A stretch of 64,000 nt of DNA from a virus. Lineage: Duplodnaviria; Caudoviricetes. Position 1 is the first letter of the stretch; every line of letters starts with the position of its first letter. The notes below the pieces were generated by a model, which was not told where the DNA came from, made no database searches, and saw only the letters and a program-made list of their open reading frames with translations. Positions 1 to 8,895 of the stretch are shown one piece after another. The stretch spans positions 32,001 to 96,000 of IMG/VR virus record IMGVR_UViG_2918987250_000001, one strand, 5' to 3'. The position numbers were made by a program, and so were the translations under genes.

Positions 1-804
1 GGTCTTGACCCCGCGGTGCCGCTCCAGCCGGTCGGCTGCGGCCTTCACGTCGCGCACGAGCTCGCCGATGGTCTTCGGGTGCAGGTCGCGTGCCGCGTTG
101 AACCACGCCCACGGCTCGGAGAGCTTCACGTTGCGGGTGACGGCGTTCATGATGTCGGCCGCATCCGCGCCGCCTTCCTCGTAGAGGGTCGGCGTCACCA
201 CGAGCGTCGGCAGGCTGAGCTCGTCCGCGAGCTTCAGCGCCTTGACGTTCTGCGTGTCCCAGTAGGGCGTGTCGATCGGCACCAGCGAGACGAACGTATT
301 AGAAGCGCTCAGAGCGTCGGCGCAGCGCTGCATGATCTGCGGTGCGTTCGCGTGATGCACGACGCTATGCGAGCAGCTAGACGCAATCGCAGCGTCAGCC
401 GAAGTCACATTCGCAAGCTCAGCGAACAAGTCTTCGAACGAGAGCTTGGGGACGTTGTAGAAGCGGTCCTCGGAGTTGGCCTTCGAGAGCAGCCGGTAGA
501 GCGCCATGAGCCCGGCCTGGCTCAGCACGTAGTAGGTGAGGAAGAACTCGGGCGGCGCCTTCTTGTCCTCCTTGGTCTTGCGCCAGGAGGGGTCGTCCAC
601 GAGCCGCAGCCGGCAGCCGATGACGGGCTTCAATCCCGCCTTGCCGGCCTTCTGGGAGAGCTCGATGAGGGCCGTGACCGACATCGTGTCGGTCACGCCC
701 ACAGCCTTCGCGCCGGCCCCGGCCGCGCGGTCAACGAGCTTGTCGATGGCGAGGATGCTCTCACCGATGGAGAAGTTTGACCGTGCGGCCAGGATCGCGT
801 GCAT
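1..804 (-). CDS. dnaE: DNA polymerase III alpha subunit, N-terminal PHP domain (runs off window edge)
   Basis: Manual translation from ATG at 804 (TAATG overlap with upstream gene): MHAILAARSNFSIGESILAIDKLVDRA...AVGVTDTMS...KAGLKPVIGCRL, the typical DnaE PHP start. Absent from the ORF track because it is truncated. Confidence 0.9.
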   Translation of the reverse strand, partial: MHAILAARSNFSIGESILAIDKLVDRAAGAGAKAVGVTDTMSVTALIELSQKAGKAGLKPVIGCRLRLVDDPSWRKTKEDKKAPPEFFLTYYVLSQAGLMALYRLLSKANSEDRFYNVPKLSFEDLFAELANVTSADAAIASSCSHSVVHHANAPQIMQRCADALSASNTFVSLVPIDTPYWDTQNVKALKLADELSLPTLVVTPTLYEEGGADAADIMNAVTRNVKLSEPWAWFNAARDLHPKTIGELVRDVKAAADRLERHRGVKT

Positions 805-1103
805 TAGCCTTCCAGCGCCTTCCAGTTGATGATGCGGACGTTCGTCAGCTTGCGGGTCTCGGCGAGCACCTGCTCGATGCTGAGCGCCTGCTCGGTGGTG
901 CGGATGTCGGGCACATCGACCCACGCCCGGTCATGGCGCTCGAAGCCCTCGGCGTCGTCGTGGACGAAGACGACCCAGGTGCGCCGCGGCTGGATCTCGG
1001 GCTTCTCGTTCGCCTTCTTCGCCGCCGCGGCCGCAGCGCGCCGCTCCTTGCGATTGCCCGGCTCGGGCTTGGGGGAGGCCGGAGGCGTGGTCTCGGTGGT
1101 CAT
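804..1103 (-). CDS. hypothetical protein
   Basis: 99-aa ORF, translationally coupled on both sides, phage-like codon usage. Confidence 0.7.
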   Translation of the reverse strand: MTTETTPPASPKPEPGNRKERRAAAAAAKKANEKPEIQPRRTWVVFVHDDAEGFERHDRAWVDVPDIRTTEQALSIEQVLAETRKLTNVRIINWKALEG

Positions 1104-1639
1104 GCTGCTTCCTTCAAAACGAGGCGGCCATTCTGCTCAGTGGCAGCGCCCAGGGCGGTGAGTGCCTGGAACGCCTGGGTTGCGTGGGCGGCCGCCGTGC
1201 CCTCGCTCCATCCCAGCTTCTTCTCGAACGCCACCTTCAGCGTCTTCCGGTCGATGCCCGCCTGCATGTTGAGCAGCAGGTGGCAGGTGACGCGGAGGAA
1301 CTGAGGGGACGCCGTGAACGGGTTCTCGCGCTTTGCCAGCGCTTCGGTCACGCGGATGCCGGCGCGCTCGATGCGGGTGAGGAGCTCCTCGACCTTCTTC
1401 GGCAGGCCGTCCGTCAGGACCGCGGTTGCGTGGCCGTCGGCCGGCGCGACGCGAGGCGCGCGCATGACCTTCGGCTTCTTCTCCTTGACCACGATGCCGA
1501 GCTCGGCCCGTCGCCGCGCGAGCTGCTCGGCGCCGGCCTGCTCGCAGTCGGCCGCGAACGGGCAGGCGATGCATTCGGGAGCTTCGGCGCGAAAGCTCAG
1601 GGCGAAGCCGTAGCAGCCGGGTCGCAGAGAAGTCAGCAC
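1100..1639 (-). CDS. hypothetical protein with N-terminal Cys cluster (C..CxxC..C)
   Basis: PGCYG...ECIACPFAADC; its GTG start lies inside a palindromic motif. Confidence 0.7.
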   Translation of the reverse strand: MLTSLRPGCYGFALSFRAEAPECIACPFAADCEQAGAEQLARRRAELGIVVKEKKPKVMRAPRVAPADGHATAVLTDGLPKKVEELLTRIERAGIRVTEALAKRENPFTASPQFLRVTCHLLLNMQAGIDRKTLKVAFEKKLGWSEGTAAAHATQAFQALTALGAATEQNGRLVLKEAA

Positions 1640-1651
1640 TTACTTACTTCC

Positions 1652-2293
1652 TTAGCCAAGAATTTGACGCGCGAGGCCCTTGACCTCGCCGTAGATGCGA
1701 TTGCGGTCCGTGCGTTCGCACCCCATCAGGTCGAACACGAGGGAGCCGGTGATGTGACCGGGAACGCCCGAGCGGATGCCCTGCGCGTTCGCGTGGTCGG
1801 AGCGGGCCTGGATCGCCGTCATCTCCTCGTAGAGGGCGAGCGGCGGATCAGCGAGCAGGCGCACGAAGGTCTGGGCGTCGGGCGAGAGCCGGGCCACGTT
1901 GTGCTCGAACTCCTGCCGGTCGCCGAAGGTCTCGTCCTGGAGCGGGGCGCCGTCGGCGATGATGTCGTGGAACGACGCGCCGTCCTCGCCAAGATCGTCG
2001 TCGATGTCCATGCCGACATGCCCGATCTGCTTGTCGATCCAGGCGTTGATGTGGTTCTGCATCCCGCGCTGAAGGTAGGCCCCGAAGGGCACGCCGAGGC
2101 TCGGGTCGAACTTGTCGCGGGCGATGCACCAGGCCACCGCCAGCTCGGAGCGCACGTCCTCGAGGAGCACGCTGCGCGCGCCGGCCGCGTGAGCACGGCG
2201 CAGGTAGCGGGGCGCGGCCTTCGCCACGACCTTCTCCCAGTCCTTCCAGCGGATCGGGTGCTGGTTGACGATCTGCGTGGTCATGGCGCTCAC
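1652..2293 (-). CDS. sigma-70 region 2-like protein (putative phage sigma factor)
   Basis: EDVRSELAVAWCIARDKFDPSLGVPFGAYLQRGMQNHI resembles sigma region 2.2-2.4 (DLIQ..G.L.A..RFDP.RG..F.TYA); SFHDIIAD resembles the region 3.2 linker. Confidence 0.6.
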   Translation of the reverse strand: MSAMTTQIVNQHPIRWKDWEKVVAKAAPRYLRRAHAAGARSVLLEDVRSELAVAWCIARDKFDPSLGVPFGAYLQRGMQNHINAWIDKQIGHVGMDIDDDLGEDGASFHDIIADGAPLQDETFGDRQEFEHNVARLSPDAQTFVRLLADPPLALYEEMTAIQARSDHANAQGIRSGVPGHITGSLVFDLMGCERTDRNRIYGEVKGLARQILG

Positions 2294-3504
2294 CCGAAAT
2301 AGCGCTGCGCGAGCTGGGAGGCCGCCTCGCGGTCGATGCGGCTCATGCGGTTCATGTAGCCCTGGCGCAGCCCGGCCTCGTAGTCGGAGCCGCGCACCGC
2401 AGCCAGGCGGCCGGCGGTGATGAGCTCGCGGGTCGAGATCGTCATGCCGATCCGGCCGCCCTTGAACGCCTCGCGGATGTCGTTGGCGAACTTGACCAGC
2501 TTCTCCGCGTCCGCCTTCTTCAGGCTCGCCTGCGACTGCACGATCGCCGTCTCGATCGAGGCTTCCATGTAGGGGACCTCCTCGACGATGTGCATGCGGG
2601 AGTAGTTCGCGGCGTTCTGGATCTGCGTGCCCTGGTAGAGGCCCGTCTCGTCGCCGCCGCCGTTGGTGTTGCCGGTCGCCACGAACCGGAAGTCGGGGTG
2701 CGGCTTAATCATCCGCATCTCGGGCGGCGCATCCTTGATGTAGAGCGGCTTGCCCTCGAGGATCGGCTGGTAGAGCGCGAGCACGGAGGGGAGGGCGAAG
2801 TCATACTCGTCGGCGCAGTAGACGTAGCCGTTGAGCATGGCGATGGTGAGCGGGCCGGGCTGGAACACCGTCTCGGTCGAGAGGACCTCGATGTCGTTGC
2901 CGGCCGCGTCCTTCGAGGCGCGCTTGACCGCCTGCACGACATACTGGCCGATGATGTGCGCCTCTTCGGTGTTCGCCGTGTGCTGGACGCGCATGAAGGG
3001 CCGCTTGGTGCGGGCGCAGGCCTGCTCGAAGAGGGTCGTCTTGCCGGAGCCGTGGTAGCCCCAGAAGTAGACGTTCATCCGCATCTCGAGGCCCATGAGG
3101 GCCGTCTTCACGAGCTCGAGGTTGAACACGTAGTTCCGGTCGATCTCGGGCACGAGCGCCAACGCCTCGGGCTGATGGCCCTTGTAGACGGCGATGAGGA
3201 TCGGCTCGTTGCGCTTGTTCTTGGTCGCGGGCACGTCGCCGGTCTCGAAGACCTTGGCGAGCGGCAGGCGTTCGATGTGGCCGGTCACAGCGGCTTCCTC
3301 GGCTTGAGCCTTCTTCTCGGCCAGGCGCTTGGCGGCAGCGGGCGAGAGGAGCGGGGCATCAGGGTAGGCGGCGCGGTAGCGCTCCACCGTCCACTCGGGG
3401 TGGCTCTCCTTCAGGTAGGCCTGGATGACGTGGACGCGGGCGCCGTCGAGCTCGCAGGTGATCTTGCCATCGTCTTTCGCGACGGGGGCGGCGGCAGTGC
3501 TCAT
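2290..3504 (-). CDS. CobS-like MoxR-type AAA+ ATPase
   Basis: Walker A GYHGSGKT, Walker B YCADEYD, HPDFRFVATGNT; adjacent to a vWA protein. Confidence 0.88.
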   Translation of the reverse strand: MSTAAAPVAKDDGKITCELDGARVHVIQAYLKESHPEWTVERYRAAYPDAPLLSPAAAKRLAEKKAQAEEAAVTGHIERLPLAKVFETGDVPATKNKRNEPILIAVYKGHQPEALALVPEIDRNYVFNLELVKTALMGLEMRMNVYFWGYHGSGKTTLFEQACARTKRPFMRVQHTANTEEAHIIGQYVVQAVKRASKDAAGNDIEVLSTETVFQPGPLTIAMLNGYVYCADEYDFALPSVLALYQPILEGKPLYIKDAPPEMRMIKPHPDFRFVATGNTNGGGDETGLYQGTQIQNAANYSRMHIVEEVPYMEASIETAIVQSQASLKKADAEKLVKFANDIREAFKGGRIGMTISTRELITAGRLAAVRGSDYEAGLRQGYMNRMSRIDREAASQLAQRYFG

Positions 3505-3641
3505 GCGTTGGGATCTCCGTTCCTGTGAGCGCGTCGCGCTCTCTCTGTGTGCATTGCTGTTATCGCTGATCGCGTCGCGGGAAGCAAGTCAGTCCTGACT
3601 TATCCCGCGACGCCCCGCAGCGATGCGGATGTGGTGAGCGC

Positions 3642-6059
3642 TTACGCCAGGAGGATCTTGCGCAGCTCGCCCATGACCGCCTTCGGCAGCGAGGCGGCAT
3701 CCTCCAGGAGGACGAACTTCTTGTAGTAGTGGCGCGGCGCGTCGTCCTCGATGCCGATGCCGATCGTCTCGATGCCCTTCTTCTCGACCGCATCGACGGT
3801 GAGCTTGAGATGCGCCCGCAGCGCGCGCATGTCGCCGTCAGCGGCCGGGTTGCCGTCGGAGAGCACGAGGAGCACCTTGCGCTTCTCCGGCCGCTGCAAG
3901 AGCCTCCAGGCTGCCCGCTCGACGCACTCGCCATCGACGTTGTTCGCCAGGAAGTCCTGGAACGGCGCGGCGGCGAACCGGCGCTTGACCTCGGAGGTCA
4001 TCCGCTCGTCGAACCCCTTGTAGATCGGCATGTAGAGCGGCTCGTAGCGGGTGAAGGGCACGCCTTCCTTGCGCGCCGCCTCCTGCGCCTCGCGGATCTC
4101 CGGCCCGTAGGGGTTCCACTTCGTCGTGAAGCCGAGCACCTCGTGCTTGATCGCGACCCGCTCGAGGGTCGAGGACAGCGCGTAGCCCGACTGCATCGCC
4201 GTGCGCATCTTGCTCCCGTCCATCGAGCCGGAGTTGTCGATCAGCAGCCCGACGGCCACATCCTTCGACTTGTTCTCGTGGAGCCGGCGGAACACGCGGT
4301 CGTCGCCGGCAACGAGGCGGTGCAGCCCGGCCTGGTGCAGGCGGCCCGTGCGGAAGCCCGGCACCTTCTGGACCTGGGAGCGTGCCTGCATCATCCGCTC
4401 GATGTCACGCTGCATCACGCCGACCGACTGCCGGGTGCGGTCGTCGAGCTCGGTGAGCCACGCATCGCGATAGACCCGCATGTCGGTCGGGAACGGCTCG
4501 ACCACGTCGAAATCGGTCGTGTAGATGCGGTAGGGCGAGGCGAGCGCCGCTTCCTTGGCCTCCTTGCCGATCTGCGCAGCCAACGCCTCCTCGAAGTCGC
4601 TCTCGCGGCAGGTGACGAGCACGACCGGGCCGCCCTGGTCCGGGTCCTCGTTGCCGTGTGCGCCCTCGACCTCTTCGTCGTTGGGCGTGCTCAGCGGGGC
4701 TTCTTCGGCCTCGTCCGCATCCGCACCGTCAGCCGCGCCCGGAGCGCCTGCCTCGCCGTCGCTACCCTCACCCTCATCGCTCTCTGAGCCACCAGCGCTC
4801 TCGCCGTCGGCGTCGTCGCCCGGCTCATCTGCCTCGCGATCTCCCTCCCCAGGCTCGTCCTCACCATCATCGTCGTCAGCACCGGCAGCGCCAACTTCGC
4901 CCGACTCGTCGTCCGCCTGGTCTCCTTCCTGATCGTCGCCATCGCCCTCGGGCGCACCGGCACCAGCATCCTCACCGTCAGCGTTCGGGTCCGCATCCGC
5001 TTCGTCGCCAGCAGCGGAGGCGCCATCCCCCGGCTCGCCGGAATCTTCGGGCTCACCCTCTTCGTCGTCGCCGCTCGCGCCTTCGCCCGGCTCGTCGTCC
5101 TCGGCTGCCGGCTCTCCACCAGCCTCATCGCCTTCAGCGTCAGCATCGTCGGCATCTTCCTCCTGCTCGTCGCCCAACGCGCTCTCGTCGCCAGCCTCAT
5201 CGCCGGCCGACGGCTCGTCGTCCTCGCCTTCCTTGTCCTCGGGCTCGGCGTCCTCGTTGCCGGCGCCCTTGCCCTCGTCTTCCGGGGTCTCACCCTCGCC
5301 GCCGTTGGCGCCCGACGGCTCGTTCTCGGGCTCCTCTTCGGGCGGCTCGGGCGGTGCAGGCGGGGGAGGGGGCGGCGGCGGCGCGGCCTTCTTCGGCGCC
5401 TTGAGCGCGTCGTCGATCTCGATCGCCAGGTCGTAGCAGTCGGCCGTGGACGCGAGCTTCGGCAGCCGGGGCTCGAACGGCTTCAGGCGGTTCCAGGCGT
5501 TCGCGAGCTCGGGGTGCTCGAAGTAGCCCGTCTCCTTGAAGAACTCGATGAAGGGGCGCTGTCCGGCCCAGGCGCGGAAGGCCGGCACCAGCAGGATCGC
5601 GAAGGCGCTGTTCCAGTCACCGGCGGCGACCGCCTTGTCGAGCGCGGGCTTGGTGATCTCGGCGATGAAGAACTTGTGGAGCTGCTCGAGGTTGTAGCCG
5701 GAGCCGGAGAAGCGCTTGCTCATGGCGCGCTCGATGAAGGTGTCCTCCAGAGCATTCCACATGATGCGCAGATGAGGCCGGCCCTTCTTCTCCTCGATGT
5801 CGATGCGACCATGCACCGAGAAGTCGGTCTCGAGGATGTGGGCGACCTCGTGGTCGATGAAGCCTTGGATCGCGAGGATCAGCTCCTTCGACGCATTGTC
5901 GGGCAGGTAGGGGATGTTGACGCTGAACGGCTTGTGCGTGACGCGGTCCGTCAGCACCTTCGCTTGCGTGCCGCGCTGCGTCACTTTCAGGCCCATGCCC
6001 GCGAGGAGCTGCGTGACCTTAACGACAACCTCTCGCAGGATCAGGATCTCGGTGTTCAC
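3642..6059 (-). CDS. CobT-like vWA domain protein with N-terminal HExxH and long acidic linker
   Basis: DHEVAH; MIDAS LLIDNSGSM; VLLVLSDGNP; ~270-aa Asp/Glu/Pro/Gly linker. Confidence 0.88.
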   Translation of the reverse strand: MNTEILILREVVVKVTQLLAGMGLKVTQRGTQAKVLTDRVTHKPFSVNIPYLPDNASKELILAIQGFIDHEVAHILETDFSVHGRIDIEEKKGRPHLRIMWNALEDTFIERAMSKRFSGSGYNLEQLHKFFIAEITKPALDKAVAAGDWNSAFAILLVPAFRAWAGQRPFIEFFKETGYFEHPELANAWNRLKPFEPRLPKLASTADCYDLAIEIDDALKAPKKAAPPPPPPPPAPPEPPEEEPENEPSGANGGEGETPEDEGKGAGNEDAEPEDKEGEDDEPSAGDEAGDESALGDEQEEDADDADAEGDEAGGEPAAEDDEPGEGASGDDEEGEPEDSGEPGDGASAAGDEADADPNADGEDAGAGAPEGDGDDQEGDQADDESGEVGAAGADDDDGEDEPGEGDREADEPGDDADGESAGGSESDEGEGSDGEAGAPGAADGADADEAEEAPLSTPNDEEVEGAHGNEDPDQGGPVVLVTCRESDFEEALAAQIGKEAKEAALASPYRIYTTDFDVVEPFPTDMRVYRDAWLTELDDRTRQSVGVMQRDIERMMQARSQVQKVPGFRTGRLHQAGLHRLVAGDDRVFRRLHENKSKDVAVGLLIDNSGSMDGSKMRTAMQSGYALSSTLERVAIKHEVLGFTTKWNPYGPEIREAQEAARKEGVPFTRYEPLYMPIYKGFDERMTSEVKRRFAAAPFQDFLANNVDGECVERAAWRLLQRPEKRKVLLVLSDGNPAADGDMRALRAHLKLTVDAVEKKGIETIGIGIEDDAPRHYYKKFVLLEDAASLPKAVMGELRKILLA

Positions 6060-6136
6060 TTGCTATTCCTTCTAAGTCAGTGCTGAGCTATTCTGTATAT
6101 CTCAAATAAATCGGCGATGCTAATAGGTTATCGCAC

Positions 6137-6388
6137 TCACTTCATGGGAATAAGCGAAGCCGAGTCACCCGAGATCGAGATTATGCAATCGCCGTGAACG
6201 GGGTGAATACCGGAGTAATGCTCCATGATGCCGATTGTGACGTGACGCATCTGGTCGAGGACGTAGGTCTGTTCGATCGCTTCGGCCTGATCCATGCGAA
6301 TGATGGTCGGATTGAACTGCTTCATGGGGGTCGAGATGGCCGGAGGAGCGGGATTGATCGTGGGGATCGAGGACGAAACCAGGGTCAT
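6137..6388 (-). CDS. small hypothetical protein
   Basis: ATG at 6388 (MTLVSSS...), preceded by a palindromic motif. Confidence 0.5.
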   Translation of the reverse strand: MTLVSSSIPTINPAPPAISTPMKQFNPTIIRMDQAEAIEQTYVLDQMRHVTIGIMEHYSGIHPVHGDCIISISGDSASLIPMK

Positions 6389-6510
6389 TTCTTGCTGCCT
6401 ATTGTTAAGTAAGTCACTACTGACTTGATTGATGTTCCAACGCGAACCACCCCTATTGTGGGGTGGTGACTTTCGAGCAGTCCTCAGCGCCCATTGTGGG
6501 CGCTGTGATC

Positions 6511-6960
6511 TCAAAGAGACTTGGGGACGGCACTCACACCGGTCTTGGGCCGGGCGATCTCCCGCAGCGCGTCCATCTGGCGCTCGTCGAACCGAACGGG
6601 TCCGCCGCCGAAGCTCTCGCGGAGCGTCTTGACGATCTCCATTTCGTCCCCGCTCACGGTGTTGCCGAAGGTCTTGTCGATGTCGTCGAGGGACACCGGC
6701 ATGTCTGGCTGCTGCACTGCGAGGCGGAAGAAGAACTGCGGATCAACACGCAGCGCCTTGGAGAGTGGCAGAACCTTGTTTAGTGGCACCTTCGTCTCAC
6801 CACGCTTGAACATGGAGAGGATGTTCGGCTTATCGTAGCCAGCCTGGAGAGCAATGTCGCGCTGACTAATGCCAAGATCGGATAAGGTGTCGATTTGCTT
6901 TTGCAAGAACCGCGACATGGTCGTGTTCTCGTAGGGCCGTTGTGTTATCTTCGTGACCAA
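6511..6960 (-). CDS. XRE-family HTH repressor (candidate immunity repressor)
   Basis: SQRDIALQAGYDKPNILSMFKRGETKVPL HTH; flanked by palindromic motifs at 6410 and 7118. Confidence 0.8.
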   Translation of the reverse strand: MVTKITQRPYENTTMSRFLQKQIDTLSDLGISQRDIALQAGYDKPNILSMFKRGETKVPLNKVLPLSKALRVDPQFFFRLAVQQPDMPVSLDDIDKTFGNTVSGDEMEIVKTLRESFGGGPVRFDERQMDALREIARPKTGVSAVPKSL

Positions 6961-7329
6961 TGTAATTCTCCTGAGCTGCTATGGGGTGCTCGGGGCTGTT
7001 GCATGTTCTGGCTCTGCATTCGATTTCTCTTCATTCGATGCAGAGACGATATAGCAGCTAGAGCGCGGGTTTCGTCGGTGCCGTGCGATATGGCAGAGAA
7101 AACCCGTGTTTGTCGGATAAGTCAACGCTGACTTGACAGGTTCCCTCAAAATTTCCGACGCGAAGGTGTGGCGCTGACACAACCTAAGATGCCTCATCGA
7201 ATTTTTCCATCGAATCCGCATCCGATTCTCGATTGGTTCCCTCGACCAACTCGTAACGCCTGTGCTCTAAGCCGAATCGCTCAGCGGCCAGCCGTGGAGA
7301 CAACACTTGTTCCAATCGGAGTGTGAGGA

Positions 7330-7629
7330 TTGCTGACAGCCTGCCAGGTGCGAATGGCCCGTGCCGCGCTGGGGCTTTCCCTTCACCAGCTCGCAGCTCT
7401 CTCCCATGTGTCCGAGAAGACCATCCGCCGCACGGAGGCCGCGATCGGCATTCCGCCGGTGAGCCGCGAGACGATGGTGCGCCTGCGTAAGGTGTTCGAG
7501 GACAACGGCTGCTCCTTCGACAGGGACCAAAGCCTCGACTGGGTGCTCGTAAAAGTCGATCGCGGCGCAGCCGGCCTGATGCGGCAGAATTTCCCCGACG
7601 GTGACGACCAGCCCGACGCGGGTGAGTAG
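7330..7629 (+). CDS. XRE-family HTH transcriptional regulator
   Basis: QVRMARAALGLSLHQLAALSHVSEKTIRRTE. Confidence 0.8.
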   Translation: MLTACQVRMARAALGLSLHQLAALSHVSEKTIRRTEAAIGIPPVSRETMVRLRKVFEDNGCSFDRDQSLDWVLVKVDRGAAGLMRQNFPDGDDQPDAGE

Positions 7630-7869
7630 GATCGCCGTCCTAAAGATCCGCTTTTGCCATGTTATGGAACTAAATGACGGGGCGCTTGCGGCCCGTTTTG
7701 CGTTGTGGCACCGTTACTTAGGGGATAGAGGCGCCAAGTTCCATAATCAAACTTATGCGAATGGCTCAGCCTGAAACGCGGAAGGCCCGGCAGCGGGTGA
7801 GCTGACCGGGCCTTCCAGGCGCTTAACGAGGGGCGTTGCGCGCCCTGGCGCCATCTAGCAGGCGATTGG

Positions 7870-8379
7870 TTAAGCGTCCATTACCGGACGCGGCAGGTCG
7901 AGCTTGAGCTTCAGACGAACGGTCGAGGCCGGCAGCCGGAGCCGTGTTGCGATGTCCGCTTCGGCCGCGGCGATGATCGCGTTGATCTCGTCTTCCTGCG
8001 TCGGCTCATCCTCGTCGGCCGGATCTTCGTCGTCATGATCCGCGACCGGCGCGGCCTCGTCTTCGTCCGGGCTCTCGGTGGTGAAGCTGGGCTTGACGCC
8101 GAAGGTCGGCGTGCCGTGCAGAAGGTGATGGGTCGTCGTCTTCAGTGCGTCGGCGAGCGCGGTGAGGTTATCCTGGACGGGCATGCCGTCTCCACGCTCC
8201 CATCGACTCACGGCAGCGCTGGTGATCTTCAGCGTTGTCGCCAGTTCACCCTGCGTCATCCTCAGCTTTCTGCGCCGCTCTTTGACACGCAGACCGAATT
8301 GCTTTCTCGAAACCACGGGAGACACCCTTGCTGGCGTTGTTGACCCGCCTTGAATTACACGGGAGTCAACGACATTCAA
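7870..8379 (-). CDS. XRE-family HTH regulator with acidic C-terminal region
   Basis: FGLRVKERRRKLRMTQGELA...SAAVSRWERG. Confidence 0.8.
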   Translation of the reverse strand: MNVVDSRVIQGGSTTPARVSPVVSRKQFGLRVKERRRKLRMTQGELATTLKITSAAVSRWERGDGMPVQDNLTALADALKTTTHHLLHGTPTFGVKPSFTTESPDEDEAAPVADHDDEDPADEDEPTQEDEINAIIAAAEADIATRLRLPASTVRLKLKLDLPRPVMDA

Positions 8380-8479
8380 GGGGCATCTCGGTTTATTTCA
8401 ACGGAATGAAACGGCAAGGCGCAACGCCATTGCGTCAACTGTCCGTTTTCCGGTAGGGCTTCCTGACTCGCCTAGAATC

Positions 8480-8716
8480 GTGCCACCACTCGTAACGCTA
8501 CGAGTCGCGGAGCTTGAAGGAATGCCTGACACCCAGTCTCACGCCCGCGTGAAGCGGTTGCGCGAAGCCCGCAAAGCCTCCGGCCAGCGGGAGATGAACG
8601 TATGGGTGCCGGCGCATGTCCAGAAGGCGATCGAGAAGGCCGTCGAGGAGGGACGCTTCCCGAGCCGGCGCCTGGCAATCGTGGACGCGCTCGAGCGGCA
8701 GTTCGTGGAGAAGTGA
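8480..8716 (+). CDS. small RHH-like/antitoxin-like DNA-binding protein upstream of repC
   Basis: ARVKRLREARKASGQREMNVWVP...; start may be the ATG at 8522. Confidence 0.6.
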   Translation: MPPLVTLRVAELEGMPDTQSHARVKRLREARKASGQREMNVWVPAHVQKAIEKAVEEGRFPSRRLAIVDALERQFVEK

Positions 8717-8732
8717 CGTGATGTAACCGGGC

Positions 8733-8812
8733 AAAGCAAAGGCCCCGGAGCTGGTAACTCCGAGGCCTTGGACCTTCATCGCTGGTTGGTGCCAGGGAAG
8801 AAAGTGATTCGC
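8733..8812 (-). ncRNA. putative counter-transcribed antisense RNA (ctRNA) of the repC replicon
   Basis: Minus-strand TTGACG (8842-8847)-17 bp-TTAGAA promoter and a GC hairpin with U-rich tail at 8738-8769, in the intergenic region upstream of repC where repABC/repC replicons encode their ctRNA; ends approximate. Confidence 0.55.
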
Positions 8813-8895
8813 ACCTCTTTCTAACCTCCCTGGACTCCTCTCGTCAATGACGCCCTCGCGGGCGAACGGTCCCGCTTTGCCTCCGCACAGGAGGT

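Noticed and set aside
2290-6059. Cobalamin biosynthesis genes as auxiliary metabolism
   Set aside because: No cobN or other cob genes; CobS/CobT-like pairs are common phage AAA+/vWA modules.
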